From contig NC_008340.1 in the NCBI RefSeq assembly GCF_000014785.1, positions 690,001 through 722,000 on the forward strand: 32,000 nt of DNA, given 5' to 3'. The notes under the pieces were generated by a model. It saw nothing but the letters and a program-made list of their open reading frames with translations. It did not search any database and was not told the origin of the DNA. The stretch's first letter is position 1. Every line of letters starts with the position of its first letter. The position numbers and the translations under genes are program-made. The DNA comes from Alkalilimnicola ehrlichii MLHE-1. GTDB taxonomy: Bacteria > Pseudomonadota > Gammaproteobacteria > Nitrococcales > Halorhodospiraceae. Below, in pieces: positions 7,261 to 16,379 of the stretch.

Positions 7261-8394
7261 TCATGGATGCATACGCACCTTTTGAAGTTTGCAGGATCTG
7301 CCGGCGGCGAGCAGCTCGGGGAGTTTGATGTCGGGGTCTTGCTCGCCGGCCTGCACCATGCGCCGGGCGGCGGCCTCCAGTTCGGGGCTGGGCGTGGCCC
7401 AGTCGTGCTCCGGGATGGGTTCGGACCAGGCCTGGATCTCGGGGGGAATGGGTGCGCGGCTCTGGTGGTATTCCCAGGTGGCCAGCCGGAAGGGCAGCTT
7501 CCAGAAGGTGATCAGGTGGTAGAGGTACCAGAAGAAGACGAAGACCCGGCTGGTGAAGCCATCACGAAGGTCTTCGTGGAGTTTCTTGCGGGCGATCTCG
7601 AGGGTGTGGACGCCGTCGTAGGGGAGGTGCTCCCTGGGGTCGATGGGCAAGCCGGAGAAGGTTTTCGTGGGCCGTTCGAGCGTGCCCGGCCCGTGATCCA
7701 TGTAGCGGCGGATGGCCTCCCACAGGCCCAGGGCCTCCTCGGGGAGCGAGGCGGGGAAGAGGGCGGTATAGGACTGTCCGGTTTCCGCGTCCTCGACGGT
7801 GAGGCCGAAGTTGTAGTGGGTCATGGCGCCGTAGGGGGTGGCGCCGCTGCTGGTGGCCATCCAGGCGGTGACGCGCTCGAACGGGGCGACGAGGGTTTGG
7901 CCGGTTTCGGGGTCGAAGCAGGCGACCTCCCGGCGCTGGCGATGGAAGCGCACCGGGGGATGCCGCCGGGCCTGCTTCATGCGGTCGACGAAGCCGTAGA
8001 GGAGGATCAGAAACAACAGGGTGCCGCCGAAAAGGCCGTAGGGGATGGAGACTATGGCGGCATAGAGGGCATTTGCCCAGAATGGTTCGCCATACACGAG
8101 TCCGGCCGCGCCGATAAGCATCGGTGCACCGAGCCCGATAAAGATCACGCCGATGAAGAAGGGCATGCCGATCATGACCTGGTGGGCTTGGGCGGTGTGG
8201 CGGCTGGAGTCCAGATCCAGGTAGGTCTGGTCGATGTGGACGAGGAACTGCTTCGGGTCCATGGGGCGCACCGGGAGCGGTAATGGCAGCGGCGCGAGGA
8301 CCAGCGCCTCGCCGGTGGCGAAGCGGCGCACGTCCCCGGCCCGGGGATGTCCGGAGAGGTCGGGGGCTTCGTTGGTGGGGGCGGGCTTGCTCAT
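7261..8394 (-). CDS. Membrane protein of T6SS neighbourhood (DUF6708-like), copy 1; immunity candidate
   Basis: Two predicted TM segments (VMIGMPFFIGVIFIGLGAP; NALYAAIVSIPYGLFGGTLLFLILL), then HRQRREVACFD... soluble domain; 3'-most gene of the vgrG cassette. Confidence 0.75.
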   Translation of the reverse strand: MSKPAPTNEAPDLSGHPRAGDVRRFATGEALVLAPLPLPLPVRPMDPKQFLVHIDQTYLDLDSSRHTAQAHQVMIGMPFFIGVIFIGLGAPMLIGAAGLVYGEPFWANALYAAIVSIPYGLFGGTLLFLILLYGFVDRMKQARRHPPVRFHRQRREVACFDPETGQTLVAPFERVTAWMATSSGATPYGAMTHYNFGLTVEDAETGQSYTALFPASLPEEALGLWEAIRRYMDHGPGTLERPTKTFSGLPIDPREHLPYDGVHTLEIARKKLHEDLRDGFTSRVFVFFWYLYHLITFWKLPFRLATWEYHQSRAPIPPEIQAWSEPIPEHDWATPSPELEAAARRMVQAGEQDPDIKLPELLAAGRSCKLQKVRMHP

Positions 8395-9572
8395 GGTTTC
8401 CGTGGGGTCCGCTCGTTGTTGCCGTTGCCGTTGCCGTTGCCGCCGTCGTGGTCCGGGTGCCAGTCGGCGATGCCGGCGGCGAGCAGCTCGGGGAGTTTGA
8501 TGTCGGGGGCTTGCTCGCCGGCCTGCACCATGCGCCGGGCGGCGGCCTCCAGTTCGGGGCTGGGCGTGGCCCAGTCGTGCTCCGGGATGGGTTCGGACCA
8601 GGCCTGGATCTCGGGGGGAATGGGCGCGCGGCTCCGGTGGTATTCCCAGGTGGCCAGCCGGAAGGGCAGCTTCCAGAAGGTGATCAGGTGGTAGAGGTAC
8701 CAGAAGAAGACGAAGACCCGGCTGGTGAAGCCATCACGAAGGTCTTCGTGGAGTTTCTTGCGGGCGATCTCGAGGGTGTGGACGCCGTCGTAGGGGAGGT
8801 GCTCCCTGGGGTCGATGGGCAAGCCGGAGAAGGTTTTCGTGGGCCGTTCGAGCGTGCCCGGCCCGTGATCCATGTAGCGGCGGATGGCCTCCCACAGGCC
8901 CAGGGCCTCCTCGGGGAGCGAGGCGGGGAAGAGGGCGGTATAGGACTGTCCGGTTTCCGCGTCCTCGACGGTGAGGCCGAAGTTGTAGTGGGTCATGGCG
9001 CCGTAGGGGGTGGCGCCGCTGCTGGTGGCCATCCAGGCGGTGACGCGCTCGAACGGGGCGACGAGGGTCTGGCCGGTGTCGGGGTCGAAGCAGGCGACCT
9101 CCCGGCGCTGGCGATGGAAGCGCACCGGCGGATGCCGCCGGGCCTGCTTCATGCGGTGGAAAAAGCCGTGGAGGGCAATGAGAAACAACAGGGTGCCGCC
9201 GAAAAGGCCGTAGGGGATGGAGACAATGGCGGCATGCAGGGCGCTTGCCCAAAAGGTGTGGTCGGTCCCGAACGCGGTCGTGCCAATAAGCAACGGAAAA
9301 CCGAGCCCGATAAAGATCACGCCGATGAAGAAGGGCACGCCGATCATGACCTGGTGGGCTTGGGCGGTGTGGCGGCTGGAGTCCAGATCCAGGTAGGTCT
9401 GGTCGATGTGGACGAGGAACTGCTTCGGGTCCATGGGGCGCACCGGGAGCGGTAATGGCAGCGGCGCGAGGACCAGCGCCTCGCCGGTGGCGAAGCGGCG
9501 CACGTCCCCGGCCCGGGGGTGTCCGGAGAGGTCGGGGGCTTCGTTGGTGGGGGCGGGCTTGCTCATGGTTTC
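7299..9572 (-). repeat. Tandem direct duplication: about 7299-8400 repeated at about 8471-9572, constant offset 1172 bp
   Basis: Aligned by eye at both ends (CCGGCGGCGAGCAGCTCGGG at 7301 and 8473; start codons at 8394 and 9566); 72-bp junction between the units. Confidence 0.85.
8391..9566 (-). CDS. Membrane protein of T6SS neighbourhood (DUF6708-like), copy 2; immunity candidate
   Basis: MSKPAPTNEAPDLSGHPRAGDVRR... near-identical to copy 1 except around the TM hairpin and at the C-terminus (GIADWHPDHDGGNGNGNGNNERTPRKP). True start is the internal ATG at 9566, not 10151. Confidence 0.75.
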   Translation of the reverse strand: MSKPAPTNEAPDLSGHPRAGDVRRFATGEALVLAPLPLPLPVRPMDPKQFLVHIDQTYLDLDSSRHTAQAHQVMIGVPFFIGVIFIGLGFPLLIGTTAFGTDHTFWASALHAAIVSIPYGLFGGTLLFLIALHGFFHRMKQARRHPPVRFHRQRREVACFDPDTGQTLVAPFERVTAWMATSSGATPYGAMTHYNFGLTVEDAETGQSYTALFPASLPEEALGLWEAIRRYMDHGPGTLERPTKTFSGLPIDPREHLPYDGVHTLEIARKKLHEDLRDGFTSRVFVFFWYLYHLITFWKLPFRLATWEYHRSRAPIPPEIQAWSEPIPEHDWATPSPELEAAARRMVQAGEQAPDIKLPELLAAGIADWHPDHDGGNGNGNGNNERTPRKP

Positions 9573-12500
9573 TTCCCGGGTTGCAAGGGCACGGTCGGTG
9601 GGCTGCCGGTGGTCCACGCCCGCCCGGACAAGGGTTGGATGGGGCGTTCGGCCGAGCCGTCCTCTCGTCCGCCGGACAGGGCCTGGAAAAAGGTGGGCAC
9701 CGGGTCGGGGTTGAGGGTGTCCAGGTGGAAGTGGACCTCCCGCTCCAGGCCGGGGACCAACGCGGAGGGGTAGGTCAGGCGCAGGGAGAGGCCGGTCTGG
9801 GCGTTGAGTTCTTCCGGAAACAGCGGCAGGCGCAGGGTCGTGGGCGCGTCGGGCGATGCTTCGAGCTGCTCGGCGAGCGACTGGCTCCAGGGGGCCCACC
9901 ACTGGTCGGGGGCCTTGCGCAGGGCGGCCAGCCGCGCGGCACCGGCGGCGAGATCCTCCGGGGCCAGGTCCGGGATCACCAGTTCCAGTTCCGCCTGCCC
10001 GTCCACCCGGCGCAGGGTGAGCCGGGGTTCGACGAGGGCATTCACCCAGCGGCGCCGGTGGGTCTCCAGATCCAGCCCCGCATCGGCCACCCCCCAGGCG
10101 CTCTGCTCCAGCCAGGTGGCCAGCGCGTCGCGCTGGTTGCGGCGGTACCACCAGAGGCCGCCGAGATAGACGGGGGTGAAGAGCAGGCCGAGGAGGTTGA
10201 CGCGCACGAAGATGGCGACGAAGCGGGCGCTGCGGGTGGCCCAGGCGGCGGCGCTGAGTCCGCCCTCCTGGTAGGCGGAGACCACTAACGTGGTATTCCG
10301 CCAGAAGCCCCAGCCCTGGGTGGCGGTCAGCCCGCCGGACCCGGCCAGGGTGAGGGTGGCGGCGGCCAGGGCCTGGCCATCGCCCCGTTGCAGGGCGTCG
10401 CCCCAGCGGTGGAGGCTGCGGCCGGTCTCCGAGAGCGAAGCAAGAAAGCCCAGGCCGTACGCCCCGGTGCCCAGGTGCCCGGTGAGCCAGCCGAGGCGGG
10501 CGGCCACCGCGCCCCGGGCCATCTGGCTGCGCACCCGGGGTAGCTGCACCGCGAGCAGGCTGATGCCGATGCCCTGGGCGGCGGCGAAGGTGGGGGCCGC
10601 GGCATTGACTAAACCGCCAAGTACTGCCAACAGGTCGCGCAGGCCCCTTTGCTCTTTGTCGCGAAACTCGACGTACGCACTCCCCAGATTGCGCAACTGC
10701 AGCACCGCGATCACCACGGAAAGCCCGTCGCTGCGGAGCACGCGGCCGGCGTCGGCGCGGGTTTGCAGGGGGCGGCCGGCCCGGGCGTCGTCGGCCATGC
10801 GGCGGATCTCCCGGTGGGTGTCGGCGTCCAGCCCCCGCAACTGCAGGCCCACGCGGTTGTCCGTCCCCTTCAGGGGGTTGATGGCGCCGGCCAGGCGCCG
10901 TTCCACGTAAAGCAACTGACCGCGAATGCGCTCGCGGTATTGCTGCATATCCCGCCGGGTTTCCCGGTAGACCCTGGCGTCGATGACGCCCCGGCGGCGG
11001 CGTACCCCTTCGTCCTTCAGGCGGCGGTTCGCGCCGCGTAGCGCCTCGCGGAGGGCGAGGGCCTGGTCCACGTCGGCGTTGAAGCGCCGCACGTGGCGTT
11101 CCGTGGGCAGCTCGACGCTGGCGCCGTGTTCGGCGAACCCCCGCACCATGTCCAGCCAGGCGGCGCCGGGCACGCGGCGCAAGATGTCGTCGAGGTCGAG
11201 GTTGCCGCCGGCCTGGAATCGTTGCAGCGTTTCGTCCAGGGCCTGGGCGAAACGCAGTTCGCGGGCCGGCCGGAAGGTGGCACGGCGCAGCTCATCCAGC
11301 CCCATCGCCGTCTGCCCGAGCTCCCGGGCGGCGGGCAGGGCGTAGGTCTCCCGGATGGCCTGAAGCCGGAGCGCCAGTTGATGGAAGCTTTCGACGGTCT
11401 CGGGCGCCTGCAGGGTGCCGGCGGTTACGTAGGTCACCTGCGCGAGTTCTTCCAGCTCCCGGGCGGCCCGGCGCTGGTCGCCCGGGTGGAGCGTGTGGAA
11501 CAGCGGTTCGTTCCACTGGGGGTGGGCGTCGAGCCAGTCGGCGATGGACTCGGCGGCCTCGTCGGTGCGGCAGATGTCCCGCAGGCAGGCATACTCGGTG
11601 TACAGGGCCTGCTGGAGCTGGTCGTCGAGTGCGGGGTCGAAGTACCAGGCCGCCTCGTGGAAGTGGTTGGTCTCGACCAGGCGGACCCGGTCCTCGGTGA
11701 TGCGATCGAGCAGCGCGTGCCAGCGCCGCAGGTGCGCCCGGTGGGTGTCGAGGAAGTCGCCCATGGCGTCCCGCTCGACAAGCTCGAGCAGCCCCCTGGA
11801 GCCGAGCCCGGCACCCTGCAGCCGCGCCCGGAGGGCGTCGCGCTGCTCGTCGATCAGGTGCTGGTGGCGTTCCCGGAGCTCGGGGCCCAGGGTGTCCATC
11901 ATCTGCTGGCGGGCCTGGGCCACGCGGCGGTGGGCGGGCTCGGCGAACGGGTTGATGGCTTCGAGCAAGCCCTCGCCGCTGCCGAAGGCCCGCCGGGTCG
12001 ATGCCAGGAACCCGCCGGATTCGTGTTCCAGGCTGTTGAGGTAGTCGAGGATGGCGCGCTGCTGTGCTTCGCTGGTCTCCTCGCGCAACGCCCGGAAGCG
12101 GGGGTCATCCACAAAGCCCTCCTCGTCGAGCAGGAAGAGGGATTCGATGAACCCGCCGGCCACGTACCGGGTCTCGTGCTCTCGCGCCCAGCTATCCAGC
12201 CACCCGACCACGTGGTCCTGGTAATCGGCGAGCTCCTGGAGCAGGCCCAGGTCGTCGCGCAGTATCAGGCCGTACAGGCGCTCGTCCGGGACACCCTCCG
12301 GCGCCCAGTGCCCGAGCAGGTCGTCCAGCGTGGTGCGTTCGAAGGGTGCGGGGGGCGGCCCGGCGGGAAAGGCCGCCCCGTCTGTGTCCGAACCGCCTCC
12401 CCCGCCCGATTCGGCCGCCTTTGCCTCGGGTGGCGGCGGTGGCGGGGCCGTCCAGGGGTAGGGGTTTCGTTCCGCCTCCATGGGGCTCTCCGGCGTGCCG

Positions 12501-13240
12501 CTCGCGGGTGGCTCGTGCAGCTCCGCCACGGCCGGGCGGATCCGGTCGCTGGCGAGCAGCGGCTCCACGCTGGTCGGGTCGTCTCCGTCGAAGCCGGCAG
12601 CCGCCCGCGCCAGATCCACGGACTGCATGCGGCGGTTGCGCTCGCCCGGGTTCTCCAGCATGCGGTTGCATCGGGCGGCGCTCCACTGGGCCGTGGCATA
12701 GGCGGCCTGGAGACGAGCGGCGGAGCCGAAGGTGAGATGGGGCGCGCCCTGCGCCTTTTCGCGCCGGTCTTCGGTCACGCCCTCGACCCCATCGAGCAGC
12801 CGGGTCAGGGTCATCGCCTGCAGCCGGAATTCGTACAGCCGGAGTGGCTGCTCGCCGGGAGCGCGCGGTTGCTCGATCACGTAGAGGTACCCCTCCCGCG
12901 CAAGGCGCACGCCGATCGGCCGCGTGCCAAGCGGCGGATAGGGCGCCCGGATCCGGGCGCCGGCGATCGCCTCGGGTTCCACCAGGGCGTAGCGCAAGGG
13001 CAGCAGGGTGATCTGCTCGACCGCCACCTCGCACGGTGCGGGGTGGCAGACGTCGCCCGGTGCCCGGCTGTCCGAAAGGCGCTCGCGGTTCTCCGGAAGC
13101 CGAACCTGCTGCCCGGGGTAAATGCAGTCAGGGTGTTCGATGTCGGGGTTCAGGGTCATCAGGGTTGCCGGGGGCACGCCATGCTGCCGGGCAATGCCCC
13201 AGAGGGTGTCGCCGTCGCGTACGGTGTGTATGGCACTCAT
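9563..13240 (-). CDS. Putative T6SS effector: N-terminal LysM + VasX N-terminal-like region + large helical part + C-terminal membrane segments
   Basis: MSAIHTVRDGDTLWGIARQHGVPPATLMTLNPDIEHPDCIYPGQQVRLPE is LysM; EQITLLPLRYALVEPE...RPIGVRLAREGYLYVIEQ resembles the VasX-N/BTH_I2691 signature; hydrophobic stretch FVAIFVRVNLLGLLFTPVYLGGLWW. Start set at 13240 (overlaps stop of upstream gene). Confidence 0.8.
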   Translation of the reverse strand: MSAIHTVRDGDTLWGIARQHGVPPATLMTLNPDIEHPDCIYPGQQVRLPENRERLSDSRAPGDVCHPAPCEVAVEQITLLPLRYALVEPEAIAGARIRAPYPPLGTRPIGVRLAREGYLYVIEQPRAPGEQPLRLYEFRLQAMTLTRLLDGVEGVTEDRREKAQGAPHLTFGSAARLQAAYATAQWSAARCNRMLENPGERNRRMQSVDLARAAAGFDGDDPTSVEPLLASDRIRPAVAELHEPPASGTPESPMEAERNPYPWTAPPPPPPEAKAAESGGGGGSDTDGAAFPAGPPPAPFERTTLDDLLGHWAPEGVPDERLYGLILRDDLGLLQELADYQDHVVGWLDSWAREHETRYVAGGFIESLFLLDEEGFVDDPRFRALREETSEAQQRAILDYLNSLEHESGGFLASTRRAFGSGEGLLEAINPFAEPAHRRVAQARQQMMDTLGPELRERHQHLIDEQRDALRARLQGAGLGSRGLLELVERDAMGDFLDTHRAHLRRWHALLDRITEDRVRLVETNHFHEAAWYFDPALDDQLQQALYTEYACLRDICRTDEAAESIADWLDAHPQWNEPLFHTLHPGDQRRAARELEELAQVTYVTAGTLQAPETVESFHQLALRLQAIRETYALPAARELGQTAMGLDELRRATFRPARELRFAQALDETLQRFQAGGNLDLDDILRRVPGAAWLDMVRGFAEHGASVELPTERHVRRFNADVDQALALREALRGANRRLKDEGVRRRRGVIDARVYRETRRDMQQYRERIRGQLLYVERRLAGAINPLKGTDNRVGLQLRGLDADTHREIRRMADDARAGRPLQTRADAGRVLRSDGLSVVIAVLQLRNLGSAYVEFRDKEQRGLRDLLAVLGGLVNAAAPTFAAAQGIGISLLAVQLPRVRSQMARGAVAARLGWLTGHLGTGAYGLGFLASLSETGRSLHRWGDALQRGDGQALAAATLTLAGSGGLTATQGWGFWRNTTLVVSAYQEGGLSAAAWATRSARFVAIFVRVNLLGLLFTPVYLGGLWWYRRNQRDALATWLEQSAWGVADAGLDLETHRRRWVNALVEPRLTLRRVDGQAELELVIPDLAPEDLAAGAARLAALRKAPDQWWAPWSQSLAEQLEASPDAPTTLRLPLFPEELNAQTGLSLRLTYPSALVPGLEREVHFHLDTLNPDPVPTFFQALSGGREDGSAERPIQPLSGRAWTTGSPPTVPLQPGKKP

Positions 13241-14028
13241 CGGGCGCCCCCCAGAACCAGTCGCTCGAGCGTACGGATTCGCTTCCCGGACGGTTGCCCG
13301 ACGTCCAGGAGTACGGCGAGACAGTCCTTTTCTTCCAGCCGGGCTTCGTGGGCCGCCACGAGCGCGACGAAACGGGCTATCTCGGGCTCGTCGTGAAAGC
13401 GGTAGCGCTGCGCGCGCTCGATCAGCCGCGCGCAGCGGTGCTGGCCGCCCGGCTGGCCGGCCAGACCCGAAGCCCGGGCCACAGCCACCCGGAACAGCCA
13501 ACAGGCCTGGGCCCGTAGGTGAGTCATGTGGGCCTCGCTTAGCTGGAACCAGCCTTCGTCGCGCGGGCCGCGTGCCTGGCCCTGGGATGGCGCGCGGATG
13601 GTGATGTCGGTGCCGGGCAGGTGCCAGGCGGTGATCGGCCCACTGAAGGCACGGCGCTCTTCGTAGTCGAGCATGCAGAGCAATGGGACGAGCTGCCCGG
13701 GCGAATAGAAGCGACAGTAGGCGCCCTGCCCGGAAGGCAGTCGCACGCTGATCAGGCTGCGCAGGTGGTCGGCCACCACGGCCGGATCGGCCGGGGATTC
13801 GAGCAGGATGCCGTGATCCCGCCAGGTTTCCGGGGTGGCCAGGAGCGCGCTGCCGGGCGAGGGTTTGACCAGGCAAGGGCTCACGGTGATCGCCTCCTGG
13901 TGCCGGGTGCCAGCAAAGAGTCGCTCGAGTTCGGGGGCGTCATCGTGCTGGTAGGCGAGCCTGGGAGCGTCCGTGGTGGCACCGTCGAGCAGGATCAGAC
14001 CGTTTTCCGGGGTGCGGGTGATAGCCAT
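13237..14028 (-). CDS. DUF4123 domain-containing T6SS effector chaperone/adaptor
   Basis: Between vgrG and effector; LILLDGATTDAPRLAYQHDDAPELERLFAGTRHQEAITVSPCLVKPSPGSALLATPETWRDHGILLESPADPAVVADHLRSLISVRLPSGQGAYCRFYSPGQLVPLL is DUF4123-like. Confidence 0.85.
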   Translation of the reverse strand: MAITRTPENGLILLDGATTDAPRLAYQHDDAPELERLFAGTRHQEAITVSPCLVKPSPGSALLATPETWRDHGILLESPADPAVVADHLRSLISVRLPSGQGAYCRFYSPGQLVPLLCMLDYEERRAFSGPITAWHLPGTDITIRAPSQGQARGPRDEGWFQLSEAHMTHLRAQACWLFRVAVARASGLAGQPGGQHRCARLIERAQRYRFHDEPEIARFVALVAAHEARLEEKDCLAVLLDVGQPSGKRIRTLERLVLGGAR

Positions 14029-14042
14029 ATCGGCGAGCTCAT

Positions 14043-16226
14043 TCAGGCGTGATCCGGGTCGTCCTGACCCGTCGGGCACGGGCAATCGGCGAGCGGGCAG
14101 TCGCCGTTCGGGCCCCGGTGGCATTGCACCACCAAGGCGGCATCTTGCCCGGCCGCCTGACGCAGCTGGTCGGGTGCCAGCGTTCGTGCGTCGAGCAAGG
14201 CCTCCGGTCCAGCACCGGCCTCGCCGTATTGAACCTCCGGGACGGCGTGGCCCGGCAACAACGGCACCGCTGCCTGCTGGGCGCTCCCGGAGCCTGGTCG
14301 GCCCCCGGAGTTCATGCGGATGCCGGGGCCACTGAGGGTGATGCCGGAGGGGTCGAGCTTGATGAAACTGCCGCCCGCCTGGAGGGTGATCTCGGCACCG
14401 GCGTCGAGAACGACCTTGTTGCCCGCGCTGTAATGGACCTCGCGGCCCGTTTCAACGAGTTGAGAGGTGCCGAAGCGCTGATGCAGCGTGCCCTCCACGG
14501 TGAGATGCTGATCACCGGCAGTGCGCTCGCGCCGCTCGCCCTGCACGGTGAGGTGCTCGTCGCCGTGGATCTCCGCGAGCCGGTCGCCGTGGACGCCCAG
14601 GTGGCTGTGCCGGCCGATGGTCTCGGAGCGGTCGTTGCGGGTGTGCAGGTCGAGATCGCGCTGGGCGTGCAGGTGGATGCGCTCGGCGTCGCGGGCGTCC
14701 TCGAAGTGCAGTTCGTTGTAGCCCTCGCCGCCGTGGCTGCGACTGCGCAGCACGCTGCGGGTCTTGTGCTCGGGCAGCGGATAGGGCGGGGTGTTGTGGC
14801 CCTCGTAGACCCGGCCGGTGATCACCGGCTGATCCGGGTCGCCGGCCAGGAAGTCGACGATCACCGCATGGCCCACCCGGGGCAGGAACAGCCCGCCGTA
14901 GCCGGGCCCGGCCCAGGGCTGGGCGACGCGCAGCCAGGCGCTGGCGTGCTCGTCGTCGGCGGCGTAGCGGTCCCAGGGGAAACGGACCTTGACCCGGCCG
15001 TGCTCATCGCAGTGGATCGCCTCCCCCTCGGGGCCCACCACCCGGGCGATCTGCGGGCCTTCCATCCGCGGGCCGGCGTCCGGGTCGTGGGGCGGGCGCC
15101 AGTCGGTGTCGGCGGGCACAAGGGTGAGCCGGTTGTTCAGCCGGGCCACGCCTGCGGCTGCATCGCCCTTGCCCTCGGCGGCCAGCAGCACGGCGTCCTC
15201 TTCCAGCGCGGCGGGCTGGCGGGCGGTGTGGCGGGCGCCGACCACCTGCCAGTCGCGGCGCCGTTCGCCGGCGTCGTGGCCATCGAGGGTGAAGCGCACG
15301 CCGGGGCGCAGCTCGGCAATATCGCTCTCGGCCTCGGCGGTGTGGGCGTCGGCGCGCAACTGGCCGAGCCGGACCCGGGTGAAGGCCCGGCCGCTGGTCT
15401 CGGTCTTAAACCGGCCGGGGTGGTCGTAGTGCTCGTAGGGGGTGGCCCCCGACTCGGCGCCATCATGCCCGGCTGCCCCGTCCACCGCCTGCGCGTGGAT
15501 CAGCCGCCGCCGGGGGGTGCGGAAATGGCGATCCTCCAGGGTGGCGCGCTGCGCGCGCACCCGGTGGGCCTCGCGCAGGGTGTGCACATGACGGCCCTCG
15601 GCTACGCCGCCGGCGCGGGGGCGGTAGACCCATTCGCCCGCCTGCCCCAACCCCCGATGGGTATCGGTGAACACCGGGCGGTGGCCGCCCTCGGGGGTGT
15701 CGTCGAACTCGTGGAAGTAGACGATGCCCAACTCGGCGGCAAGCCGCTGGACAAAGGCCAGGTCGCTCTCCCGGTACTGCACCAGGTACTCGCGGGGCTC
15801 GGGGCGGTGGCGGACGGCGAAGGCGGCGTCGGTGATGCCATGTTCCGAAAGCAGGGTGTGGAGGACATCCAGCGGGCAGGCGTGCTGGAAGATGCGGGCG
15901 TTGCGGCGCAGGGCAAGGCGCCAGAGGGCGGGGCGGACGACCAGTTGGTAGGCGGTGCGCCGGGCGCCGGTGCGGCCGCGCTGGAACTCGGTGACCACGC
16001 CGTGGACCCGGCGGGTGACGCGGCCGGCCTGATGGATGGCCAGTGCCAGGCCCTGCTCAAGCCAGTCGTCGGGGGCGAGATCGGGCGAGGGGTGGACCAG
16101 GTCCAGGGTCAGGGTGAAGGGCCGGGAGAGGTGCTCATCCAGGGTGAACCCGGTGACCCGGGGCAGGTCGGCCTCCGCCACGCCGGGGCGCGAGAGGGCG
16201 AGGTACAGTCCGTTGTCCGTTTGCAT
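14043..16226 (-). CDS. vgrG: Type VI secretion system tip protein VgrG (TssI)
   Basis: FTLTLDLVHPSPDLAPDDWLEQGLAL, REYLVQYRESDLAFVQRLAAELGIVYFHEF, GRVKVRFPWDR...SAWLRVAQPWAGPGYGGLFLPRVGHAVIVDFLAGDPDQPVITGRVYEGHNTPPYPLPEHKTRSVLRSRSHGG. Confidence 0.97.
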   Translation of the reverse strand: MQTDNGLYLALSRPGVAEADLPRVTGFTLDEHLSRPFTLTLDLVHPSPDLAPDDWLEQGLALAIHQAGRVTRRVHGVVTEFQRGRTGARRTAYQLVVRPALWRLALRRNARIFQHACPLDVLHTLLSEHGITDAAFAVRHRPEPREYLVQYRESDLAFVQRLAAELGIVYFHEFDDTPEGGHRPVFTDTHRGLGQAGEWVYRPRAGGVAEGRHVHTLREAHRVRAQRATLEDRHFRTPRRRLIHAQAVDGAAGHDGAESGATPYEHYDHPGRFKTETSGRAFTRVRLGQLRADAHTAEAESDIAELRPGVRFTLDGHDAGERRRDWQVVGARHTARQPAALEEDAVLLAAEGKGDAAAGVARLNNRLTLVPADTDWRPPHDPDAGPRMEGPQIARVVGPEGEAIHCDEHGRVKVRFPWDRYAADDEHASAWLRVAQPWAGPGYGGLFLPRVGHAVIVDFLAGDPDQPVITGRVYEGHNTPPYPLPEHKTRSVLRSRSHGGEGYNELHFEDARDAERIHLHAQRDLDLHTRNDRSETIGRHSHLGVHGDRLAEIHGDEHLTVQGERRERTAGDQHLTVEGTLHQRFGTSQLVETGREVHYSAGNKVVLDAGAEITLQAGGSFIKLDPSGITLSGPGIRMNSGGRPGSGSAQQAAVPLLPGHAVPEVQYGEAGAGPEALLDARTLAPDQLRQAAGQDAALVVQCHRGPNGDCPLADCPCPTGQDDPDHA

Positions 16227-16379
16227 GGCCAGTCCGTTGGCATGGGGAATCCGTAGTCGATTAGCCTAGGAGGGTGCCTTTTGGCTTGTCAAGGCATCGA
16301 CCGTCCGGGTGGTTTCCGCTGCATGGGCGGCGTGCCTGGCTGCCCGGAGGGCCGGTGTACGGCCCGGCGATCCACCGGA

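Noticed and set aside
7171-9455. Two similar + strand ORFs (7171-8283 and 8283-9455) that look like a repeated novel protein family
   Set aside because: They are antisense copies of the tandem DUF6708-like genes; their similarity simply reflects the DNA duplication.
9566-10151. N-terminal extension of the 586-aa minus ORF
   Set aside because: It lies out of frame within the toxin gene; real start is MSKPAPTNEAP at 9566, matching the start of copy 1.
11093-13396. Long + strand ORF (767 aa) antisense to the LysM/VasX-like gene
   Set aside because: High-GC shadow ORF; composition (Gly/Val/Arg/Gln-rich, no domains) typical of antisense to a real gene.
13241-13876. N-terminal extension of the 1437-aa minus ORF
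   Set aside because: Arg/Pro-rich stretch overlapping the DUF4123 gene in another frame; LysM start at 13240 overlaps the upstream stop as in the other genes of the cassette.
14049-16256. 735-aa + strand ORF opposite vgrG
   Set aside because: Mirror frame of a clearly coding vgrG; no recognisable motifs.
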